From Candidatus Thorarchaeota archaeon (GTDB lineage Archaea > Asgardarchaeota > Thorarchaeia > Thorarchaeales > Thorarchaeaceae), in contig SHMX01000003.1 of the NCBI GenBank assembly GCA_008080745.1, positions 330,001 to 362,000 on the forward strand: a DNA stretch of 32,000 bases, written 5' to 3'. Both the position numbers and the translations under genes were made by a program. Within the stretch, counting starts at the first letter, position 1. Each line of letters opens with the position of its first letter. Under the pieces are notes generated by a model that saw only the letters and a list, made by a program, of their open reading frames with translations, ran no database searches and was not told the origin of the DNA. Of this stretch, positions 19,250-27,005 are shown one piece after another.

Positions 19250-19281
19250 ACGCGAATACCCAACTACTTTCTCATCGGGGC
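19250..19281 (+). repeat. Dispersed direct repeat, copy 3 (32 bp, 2 mismatches)
   Basis: ACGCGAATACCCAACTACTTTCTCATCGGGGC, 30/32 identical. Followed by CCAATATAT, as copy 2 is a few nt later. A further 10-nt piece AACTACTTTC lies at ~19291. Confidence 0.9.
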
Positions 19282-19424
19282 CCAATATATGCACTAATTA
19301 AACTACTTTCAATACAATTAAAGAAAATGAAAGCTATTAAATTATCCGACTGAGAAAATAATACGAAATCTCTTAATAGTAGAAAAACAGTTGAAATACA
19401 AATTTACTATAGTTGTGTAAAAAA

Positions 19425-19874
19425 ATGGAAAGTAGGAACCCGCTCGCTGAGTTTTTCGAAGGAATTGTGAGTTGGTTAGGTCTATCTGAAGGAGCAGCGG
19501 CGGTTCTATCAGAGATGTATCTTGAAAAATATTCAAGCAACGAATTTCTGGGAACTGAAGAGATAGCAGAGCGCACTGGATACTCTAGAACCAATGTAAA
19601 TTTGATAGTGACACAATTAGAAAAACTTGGCATAATCAGATCTGAGAGAGACCTCTCAAAGACAGGGAGAGGTAGAAAAAGAATGATCTACACAGTGGTC
19701 AAAGATATTGAATCATTGGTCCACATAGGAAAAGAATATGCAAAAGAACAATTGCAGTTTCTTAGCGGAATTATAGATTCAATCCTTGCTGAAGAGGTAG
19801 AGAACACCATCAGTGATGCCCTTACAAAGACTAAGAAGGAGATCAAAAAGATAGTCAATCGTCTAGAAAACTAA
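19425..19874 (+). CDS. GbsR/MarR-family winged-helix transcriptional regulator
   Basis: GLSEGAAAVLSEMYL...EEIAERTGYSRTNVNLIVTQLEKLGII...GRGRKRMIY. ATG at 19425 preferred over TTG 19413. Confidence 0.85.
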   Translation: MESRNPLAEFFEGIVSWLGLSEGAAAVLSEMYLEKYSSNEFLGTEEIAERTGYSRTNVNLIVTQLEKLGIIRSERDLSKTGRGRKRMIYTVVKDIESLVHIGKEYAKEQLQFLSGIIDSILAEEVENTISDALTKTKKEIKKIVNRLEN

Positions 19875-19931
19875 CATTCAGACGAGAAAACAAAAAGAAA
19901 ATGAGAGGTGGCGAAGAGCCACCATCTTATT

Positions 19932-22319
19932 CTAATGACTTGATGTTACAACACCAGGTTCTTCCATTCCAAAGTCTGCCTCAGCACGACTCTTCCGGAT
20001 AGCCCAGAAGGTTATTAGTGTGAGAATGAGCAGAGCACCAATGAGGACCCACTCAAGACCTGGAATTGTTGCCGCAGTTGCAAAGTTGTATTGTACCAAG
20101 AGAGGTGCAATAATAAGTGCCAGAATGTTGACGACCTTGATAGCGGGGTTCAAGGCTGGACCAGCAGTATCCTTCAGAGGGTCACCGATAGTATCACCAA
20201 CAACACCACATTTGTGTCGTTCGGATCCTTTACCAGTGTTTGCCTCAGCATCTGCAGGTTCATCCTCAATGCACTTCTTAGCGTTATCCCAAGCTCCACC
20301 ACTGTTAGACATGAATACAGCCAACAGCTGACCGGAGATGATGATTCCACCAAGGAATCCTCCAAGCGCTGCGACACCCATAGCAATACCAACTATAATC
20401 GGAATTGACACCATGATGATAGACAGTGCGACAAGCTCTTTCTGAGCTGCAGTTGTGGAGATATCCACAGCACGGTCATAGTCTGGCTCCTTGGTACCTT
20501 CTAGAATACCAGGAATCTTGAACTGTCTTCTGACCTCTTGCACCATCTCACCAGCAGCTCGCGATACAGCTTTTATGTTCAGAGCTGCAAAGAGCCAGGG
20601 TAGAGCAGATCCGAGGAGGACACCAGAGAATACCATTGGGTCATCAAGATAGATGTGATCAAGACCAATGGGAGCAAGAGCAACGACAATATAGCTGTAA
20701 AATAGGGCCACGGCAGCAATGACTGCAGAAGCAATAGCTACACCTTTTGTGATTGCTTTAGTTGTGTTACCGACTGCATCAAGTTCAGCCATTGTCTTCA
20801 TGGAGCTTTCATCAAAGTCACCAGGTGAAAGTTCACCAATACCAGCAGCATTATCGCTGATTGGACCAAAGGAATCCATTGCAACGTTGTTACCAGTGTG
20901 TGAGAGCATTCCAATACCAATCAATGCGATACCATAGAGGGTCCAGAGGTTTCCACTGATAGCGGTAATGAAAAATGGAGTAGCTGCTGCTACAGCTGGT
21001 AGGAATAGAATCCATGACATGACAAAGGTTGATACGATGACAACAACTGCTGCGACTGCAGACTCATATCCGGCAACAAGACCAGATAGAATGAATGTAG
21101 CAGTCCCAGTGTCTGCGGATTTAACTATCTCTTGTACAGGTGGTTTCTTCAGCGATGTAAAGTAGCTGGTAATCGGGTTGAAGGATACAGCTAGAAATAC
21201 ACCTATTGCGATGAGTAATCCAAATCGTAAATCACCAACATACAACCAGGACAAGAGTAATGATAGGATGATAGTGAAACCACTAGAAGCCTCATAGGAG
21301 AGGAACATTGCCTTCTCAGCGAACACTTTGCGCTTCTTCAAAATCCTTGGCCAGACTGGTACCATAAAGGTTCCAATCATCGAAGAGATAACACCGATAG
21401 CACGAACAAAGAGTGGGAATACCACAACAGCAAATGGGAACAACAAGAGTGTCGGATTATCCAAGTATAGAACAATTGCCAGAATCAGAGCTGAAACAAT
21501 AGTGACCTCATATGACTCGAAGATGTCTGCTGCCATACCAGCACAGTCACCTACATTGTCACCCACAAGGTCTGCTACTACAGCTGCATTTCGGGGATCG
21601 TCTTCAGGGAGCCCTTGTTCAACTTTACCCACAAGATCAGCACCAACATCAGCAGCCTTTGTGTATATACCACCACCGACTCTCATGAAGAGAGCAAGAA
21701 GAGTACCTCCAAGGCCGAATCCTAGTAGTGCGTCAGGTGCGGCGATTCCATAGATGATGAAGATAAGGGTACCACCAATAAGCCCCAGACCATCTGTCAG
21801 CATTCCAGTAAAAGTACCTCCGCGGTAAGAGATAGTAAGAGCGCGGTTGTATCTGTCTTCACCCTCACGTGTAGCCTGTGCCACTCTGATATTGGACTCG
21901 ACTGCTATTCGCATTCCGAGTTGCCCGACAATCAATGAGAAGCCTGCACCCAAAATGAACGCGACTGATCGACCAATACCGACCATGTATTGAGCTGTGG
22001 CGATACCTGTTGGGTCGTCACCAAAGAGCTCGAGTGTTCCTCGTTCAGGATGAGTGATATAAACTGTAAAGAAGAGAAGAATGGACAAGACAAAAAGGAT
22101 GGGGATTATCGTCTTCAACTGTCTGTCAAGATACGATAATGCGCCTTCCCTGATACCGTTCCAGACCTTCTGCATCTGTTCAGTTCCTTTAGGGAGCTCA
22201 AGAACACCTTTCCTGAGCCACCAGGCATACACGAGACTTGCTATCGCAGCAAGGATGACTGTAAATATCATCACTTGCTCGACGAGTTGCATACCAATAA
22301 ACGTCTCGAATAGTTGCAT
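19932..22319 (-). CDS. hppA: Membrane-bound H+-translocating pyrophosphatase, K+-independent type
   Basis: GGGIYTKAADVGADLVGKVE, EDDPRN, DNVGD, DSFGPISDNA, GDTIGDPLKD. GNTTKA has Lys at the Ala/Lys K+-dependence position. ATG 22319 with GGTGA upstream preferred over TTG 22421. Confidence 0.96.
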   Translation of the reverse strand: MQLFETFIGMQLVEQVMIFTVILAAIASLVYAWWLRKGVLELPKGTEQMQKVWNGIREGALSYLDRQLKTIIPILFVLSILLFFTVYITHPERGTLELFGDDPTGIATAQYMVGIGRSVAFILGAGFSLIVGQLGMRIAVESNIRVAQATREGEDRYNRALTISYRGGTFTGMLTDGLGLIGGTLIFIIYGIAAPDALLGFGLGGTLLALFMRVGGGIYTKAADVGADLVGKVEQGLPEDDPRNAAVVADLVGDNVGDCAGMAADIFESYEVTIVSALILAIVLYLDNPTLLLFPFAVVVFPLFVRAIGVISSMIGTFMVPVWPRILKKRKVFAEKAMFLSYEASSGFTIILSLLLSWLYVGDLRFGLLIAIGVFLAVSFNPITSYFTSLKKPPVQEIVKSADTGTATFILSGLVAGYESAVAAVVVIVSTFVMSWILFLPAVAAATPFFITAISGNLWTLYGIALIGIGMLSHTGNNVAMDSFGPISDNAAGIGELSPGDFDESSMKTMAELDAVGNTTKAITKGVAIASAVIAAVALFYSYIVVALAPIGLDHIYLDDPMVFSGVLLGSALPWLFAALNIKAVSRAAGEMVQEVRRQFKIPGILEGTKEPDYDRAVDISTTAAQKELVALSIIMVSIPIIVGIAMGVAALGGFLGGIIISGQLLAVFMSNSGGAWDNAKKCIEDEPADAEANTGKGSERHKCGVVGDTIGDPLKDTAGPALNPAIKVVNILALIIAPLLVQYNFATAATIPGLEWVLIGALLILTLITFWAIRKSRAEADFGMEEPGVVTSSH

Positions 22320-22430
22320 CGTTTTTTCACCGTCACTTTTTAGGGCTCTTGACTCGACTGTACCGTGATTTTGAGTCCCGGAACGTGCAAGAGTCCAAGT
22401 GCGACTTACACCATGCGGCAATTATGGTGC

Positions 22431-22448
22431 CCTTTAAGGATTTTCTTT
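22431..22448 (-). promoter_or_regulatory. Putative BRE/TATA promoter of hppA
   Basis: Minus strand AAAGAAAATCCTTAAAGG: purine-rich BRE followed by a TTAAA box, about 115 nt upstream of the preferred start. Confidence 0.45.
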
Positions 22449-22484
22449 AGCCCCACATTTGATACTTGACAGACTGTGACCATG

Positions 22485-23846
22485 TTATTTTGGACATTCT
22501 ACAGCATACCCAAGAGGTGCCAGTTCTCGATTGATGACCTCGATCGCGTCCTTGCAGGTCCAGCCTTTACCAAACAAAATACTGATCAGAATCTGCTCGT
22601 AAGGAGGGATGAAAGAAAGGCCACTTGTTTCAAGGATTCGTTCGTACATATAGCGAATCTGCTCATCCTTGAGATATTTCTCCATCTGTTTGATACTCAC
22701 GTCATATTTGTTAAGGAATTGAATGGTTCGTTTGATGAATGGATCTTGAGGTACTTTTGCCCCGGGTCCAAAGAATTCGCGAGTGTTTTGTTTATACCAC
22801 TCCAACATCTCATCAAAGGCGTAAACGGGTTTCACAACAGGGGGCCTTTTCCCTTGATCAACGATACGGACGAGGTCTCGGCTCTCTGCAGCTCTTGCGA
22901 AATCGCCAAACTTGGAATACCCTAATGCATTATAGTTGATTTTCTCTTTTCTAACACGTTGAACAACTGATTCCATTCCAGTATGTTCACCCTCCGCATG
23001 CATATCTCGAACAATCTGGGCAAAACGTTCCAATGCTGCATCCAAGGAATCGGTCTGAGCTTTTGTGATTTTTGCAACTTTATCAGTAAGAACCAACTCT
23101 GCAAAGGGTTCTCCGCCCTCAACACGAACAAGGTCTTCTGCTATCGCCTGTTGGATAATCTGATCCCACCCATCAAAATGTTCGATACCTACTCTGAACT
23201 CGGGATTGAGATGTTCCACTACTGCTCGAACATAACGTATGGGTGTTGATCTGCCCAATTTGTTTAGTTTAGAGATAGACTCCTGCAATCTACGAAAGGC
23301 GGTATTCCGTACAACTTCGGGACTTGTCTTTGTAGCCCTGTCAATTTTCCATCCTTCTGTATCGGTAGGTGGAGGACGAAACGAATCAATGTCAAGATAG
23401 ATATCTGATCTCAGCACTGTTTCGGGACGTGTTATCATGGGATTACTGATTATCACAGCTAACTTGTTCTGTTTTTGAATTCCTCGAACAAAGGGTTCGA
23501 AGACTGCATCCCCAGATACAATGATGTAATATTGTGTTTCTGGAGAATGAATAAGCCAATCGATCATATAGGCCGCCATTTGGCAATCAGCACTATCTTT
23601 CAGTTCATCGGGTACGTGAATGAGGTCAAAACCAATCTTATACAAGAGTCGTCCTAGAGGACGATAAGGTCCATTCCAATCTGCAAAAGCAAGCATGGCT
23701 CCCACTGTAAAATTGTCTTTCAGCCACTTTCTGAATTCTTCGGATAATCGTGGTTCATCTTTAAACGTTACATTTTCGGCGTCCCAAAAAACTGCTGCTA
23801 CCGGTCTCTTAGTGCCTTCTACTATTCTTTCTCGTTCTGGCGTCAT
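22485..23846 (-). CDS. NYN (PIN-fold, LabA/DUF88) domain protein with OST-HTH/LOTUS domains
   Basis: VFWDAENV, KDSADCQM, IIVSGD; LOTUS-like motifs (FDGWDQIIQQA; NALGYSKFGDFARA). Confidence 0.85.
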   Translation of the reverse strand: MTPERERIVEGTKRPVAAVFWDAENVTFKDEPRLSEEFRKWLKDNFTVGAMLAFADWNGPYRPLGRLLYKIGFDLIHVPDELKDSADCQMAAYMIDWLIHSPETQYYIIVSGDAVFEPFVRGIQKQNKLAVIISNPMITRPETVLRSDIYLDIDSFRPPPTDTEGWKIDRATKTSPEVVRNTAFRRLQESISKLNKLGRSTPIRYVRAVVEHLNPEFRVGIEHFDGWDQIIQQAIAEDLVRVEGGEPFAELVLTDKVAKITKAQTDSLDAALERFAQIVRDMHAEGEHTGMESVVQRVRKEKINYNALGYSKFGDFARAAESRDLVRIVDQGKRPPVVKPVYAFDEMLEWYKQNTREFFGPGAKVPQDPFIKRTIQFLNKYDVSIKQMEKYLKDEQIRYMYERILETSGLSFIPPYEQILISILFGKGWTCKDAIEVINRELAPLGYAVECPK

Positions 23847-23975
23847 TAGAAATTAGACCTACCGTGAAATAACATATGTGAAGTGTCTAGATTCTTAGAG
23901 CCCTTCATACCCTATTAGGTTTCGGATGACGTACAGACATTAGAATTTATGAGATACGGCCCCTAAGAATTGTGA

Positions 23976-24082
23976 TGGTGGACCGGGCGTGATTTGAACA
24001 CGCGACCTTCTGGATTCTTGAAGTTCTGGGGAATCCAGTGGCTATGCAAACCAGACGATCTGCCGGGCTAATCTACCGGCCC
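23976..24082 (-). tRNA. tRNA-Ala: tRNA-Ala(UGC) with a 30-nt intron at 37/38 (intron 24015-24044) and encoded CCA
   Basis: Acceptor stem GGGCCGG/CCGGUCC with the G3:U70 Ala determinant; D stem GAUU/GAUC; anticodon stem UCUGG/CCAGA; T arm GCGUG-UUCAAAU-CACGC; BHB helix UUUG/CAAG with 3-nt bulges CAU and AAU. Confidence 0.95.
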
Positions 24083-24141
24083 ATGTGAGTATAAAGTATT
24101 AACCCGAATACTTCTACTTCAGCCTGACTGAGGGAGGGGTT

Positions 24142-24747
24142 TTAACCCTTACGCTCTTGCACTTCTTCACGGATGTTGTCAACCCACATTGGAGCACCTT
24201 TAAGCTGAGCGGCCTCCTCGGGAGGGATGATTTCTCGTTTGACAAGAGTCATGTCTTCAGGAAGAATCCCGCTCACTCCTGCAGGGTCCTCAATGATCAG
24301 GGTGAATTCCAACTCGCCCCTTATTGCAGAGATGATTTGTTCGAGAATCGCCTTACCTCGCTGTTTTTCTTCTTCCTCATCAGCAAAACGAATAGCACTC
24401 TCTACAACAGGTCTCACTCGATAAAGGAGTCCTTCAACGTTAGATATGAAAGACTCAGCTGCTGGACCAGGTTCCACATCGATACCAAACTCTGGAAAAC
24501 GTATTGTGCCAGAACTTGATCTGACAACACGAATGTTGAGCATACGAGGTTTGGATACATGAAGAGTCCATCTGGTTGGTTCATAGCTCTCTGCAGAGAA
24601 GATATCATTGTGTGTGAAATTGCAGCTGGAACAGGTCATTATGAACATTGCCAGCTCGTTGAAATAGGGCACACTGTATAGCATAGATTTCACATTAAGA
24701 GTACCCTGTGAACATATAGGACAACGAGGGGTTAATTCTGAGGACAT
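24142..24747 (-). CDS. zpr1: Archaeal ZPR1-related zinc-finger protein
   Basis: CPIC...VPYFNELAMFIMTCSSC, VVRSSSGTIRFPEFGIDVEPGPAAESFISNVEG, FTLIIEDPAG. Confidence 0.92.
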   Translation of the reverse strand: MSSELTPRCPICSQGTLNVKSMLYSVPYFNELAMFIMTCSSCNFTHNDIFSAESYEPTRWTLHVSKPRMLNIRVVRSSSGTIRFPEFGIDVEPGPAAESFISNVEGLLYRVRPVVESAIRFADEEEEKQRGKAILEQIISAIRGELEFTLIIEDPAGVSGILPEDMTLVKREIIPPEEAAQLKGAPMWVDNIREEVQERKG

Positions 24748-24908
24748 AGAGATAGAAGTTCAAAGAATGCTTATAGGATTTGGTGAATAGTACGAAAGGG
24801 ATATTCGTCCAGACAAGTTCTAAATGCGAGTTTTCCAAAATCTACTACAAGAGGAGATGCCGTCTACGTCTCTGTTTGTCACACCACAATTCGATTGAGG
24901 ATTAGAGC

Positions 24909-26108
24909 ATGGAAGTAAAGAGTCTATACATTATCAAACGAGATACTGGCGTTTGTATGTATCATCACGACTTTACTCAGACGATTTTTGACCCTCAATT
25001 GATCTCATCCTTTATTGTGGCTATGACATCCTTTTTTGATGAAGCAACACATTCTCTGACCTCTCAAGCACGGGCTTTTGAAGGGACTGATTACAAGATT
25101 ATTGTGGAATTTGGTGAATGGACCCTTGGAGCATTAGCCGTGCTGGAAGACACTGCAGAGATGCGGGCGAAGCTGAAGAGAATCATCGATAAGTTCGAAA
25201 AACAATTCAACATTCTTCAGTGGGTAGACCTCGACCTTGCCATATACAAACGATTTGAGAAGGTGGTAATTGAGGAGTTTATTCGAGAGCTTATTACGCC
25301 AGAAAGCGTGATATACGTCAATAGAGATTGGGATATATTCTCTAAGAATGCAGATGTTCGAAGCATGCTTCGTCTTATCCCGGATTTATGTACCGTTAAG
25401 GATGCTGCAGAGTTTCTTGAGATGCCTCTGGCATTGGTAATGAATCTGACAGCTGAAGCAATCTGGGAAAAGAGCATTAGTATTAGAAGTCAGGTAAGAC
25501 CTGACGACATTTTTCAGACAACATCACGATTCCATATGGGAGATGGGCTGGCGGATGTATCTCCTGTTGCTTCGAAGGCTCTTGGTGCACTCGACGGGGA
25601 GACCCCGTTGATTATCGCTGCAGAACGAACAAAGACATCCGACATGAAAGAATTTCTCAAAGAGATCGAACTCCTAGCAAGAAGAAGAGCAATAGAGCGG
25701 GTTTCACCAGCCCAGGCAATGTTGATTCTTCATTGTTCAACACTTGAGTCAATCTTAGAGATGGGGGCAAAAATTCTAGGTTATCGTCTAATCCGAGCCA
25801 TGTTTTATACAGTAAGAAAATCTCTTCTATCACAGTACCCATGGGTCAGCTACATAGTATTGGAAGATCGGGTGGATGTGGAGATCAAGGGTTCTCTAAT
25901 GGCCGCATCTATCAGAGGGCAGATTTCACCTGACACTTTGAAACAAGGTCTCATTCAACTGTTACAAAGAATTGCAAAGGAATTTGCATGTTGTATAGGC
26001 AACGCTCCCACCAATACATCGGTTATTCGAGCAAAGCGCCTTGCACAAAAACGATTTCCAAGCATGGCTTTCGAAATTGAATGGGAGAAACTCTTTGTTT
26101 ATGGATAA
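24909..26108 (+). CDS. Longin-domain protein with two wHTH-like segments and a duplicated C-terminal helical module (NPRL2/3-like architecture)
   Basis: N-terminal longin pattern (LYIIKRDTGVCMYHHDF...DPQLISSFIVAMTSFFDE...YKIIVE...LKRIIDKFEKQF); two HTH-like segments at aa ~140-190 and ~205-260. Confidence 0.7.
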   Translation: MEVKSLYIIKRDTGVCMYHHDFTQTIFDPQLISSFIVAMTSFFDEATHSLTSQARAFEGTDYKIIVEFGEWTLGALAVLEDTAEMRAKLKRIIDKFEKQFNILQWVDLDLAIYKRFEKVVIEEFIRELITPESVIYVNRDWDIFSKNADVRSMLRLIPDLCTVKDAAEFLEMPLALVMNLTAEAIWEKSISIRSQVRPDDIFQTTSRFHMGDGLADVSPVASKALGALDGETPLIIAAERTKTSDMKEFLKEIELLARRRAIERVSPAQAMLILHCSTLESILEMGAKILGYRLIRAMFYTVRKSLLSQYPWVSYIVLEDRVDVEIKGSLMAASIRGQISPDTLKQGLIQLLQRIAKEFACCIGNAPTNTSVIRAKRLAQKRFPSMAFEIEWEKLFVYG

Positions 26109-26168
26109 AGAACGAGATAAACAGGAAAACACACAAATCATAGAATTCAAACAAGAGATTGGTATACA

Positions 26169-26975
26169 ATGACAGATAGTGACAGAAAATCGTTAGGTTC
26201 GTCATTGGCTATAGTAACTACTATTGTTGCTATCATAATTCTTGGATTTACTCTTACATCTATCTCTTTGGGCCCTACAGCATATTCAACAGCAACATTA
26301 GCAGGGTTCAGTGCCTGTTTAGCCACTATTCTCGGTTTCTGGAGTCTATACGTAATTTCTCAGGAGGGGCTACTTCGAGAAGATCCCTATCATATCATGA
26401 CTCTTTCTCTTAGTATAGGACTACTCTTGTTTGCTATGGTAGATGTTGCTCGTACAGGAGCCATACTCAACCCTACCAGTGAGATATACAGCTATACAAT
26501 AAGCAGCACGATGATTGCAATCCTTGTCATATTGGTCATTGGTATCGTAGGTTATGCGAGATCAGTCAACAGCGTACTGAATTACATGAAACAGAACGAA
26601 CGAATTCTGCTCATGGTAATATCGCTGGCTTCTGCTTTTGTGGGTCTGTCATTTGTGGGTGTAGCAGGAGAACAAACAATTACTCGAACATTTAGAATGT
26701 TGATTACAACTGGGGGCTTTGCGTCTCTGTGTATCACATTGGCATATGTTGTTAATGTTCTCAGAGATGGTAGTCTTTCAAAACAGCTTGCCCATATCTT
26801 CATTGGACTAGTATTAATTTTTGTTCAGACGCTGTTAGCATGGTGGGCAACAGACTTGACAGCCAATACTATCTCTTCAGTACTTGGAGCAGAAGCTTAC
26901 CTTCTAATTAGTCTCGGAATACATCGGGGATGCGAAGAATGCGTTTTTCTTGAGGCCGGAGTAGATATAGAATAA
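26169..26975 (+). CDS. Polytopic membrane protein (~8 TM helices), function unknown
   Basis: Eight hydrophobic stretches of ~20 aa; no recognisable catalytic motif. Confidence 0.75.
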   Translation: MTDSDRKSLGSSLAIVTTIVAIIILGFTLTSISLGPTAYSTATLAGFSACLATILGFWSLYVISQEGLLREDPYHIMTLSLSIGLLLFAMVDVARTGAILNPTSEIYSYTISSTMIAILVILVIGIVGYARSVNSVLNYMKQNERILLMVISLASAFVGLSFVGVAGEQTITRTFRMLITTGGFASLCITLAYVVNVLRDGSLSKQLAHIFIGLVLIFVQTLLAWWATDLTANTISSVLGAEAYLLISLGIHRGCEECVFLEAGVDIE

Positions 26976-27005
26976 TCTAAGGAGAATGTTTCTCCTCAGA
27001 AAATT

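Noticed and set aside
15248-19281. CRISPR array made of the 35-bp repeats
   Set aside because: Spacings of ~3.7 kb and ~205 bp are not spacer-sized, there is no internal palindrome, and no cas genes are present.
22395-22420. Fluoride riboswitch upstream of hppA
   Set aside because: Only AUGGUGU matches; the 3' UGAUGACGCC-type pseudoknot partner is absent.
22320-22421. 34-aa N-terminal extension of HppA, and similar extensions in the ORF track for NfnB, vWA, HEAT and GbsR
   Set aside because: They are artefacts of longest-ORF calling at TTG/GTG codons. They overlap neighbouring genes or promoters, and better-placed starts exist downstream.
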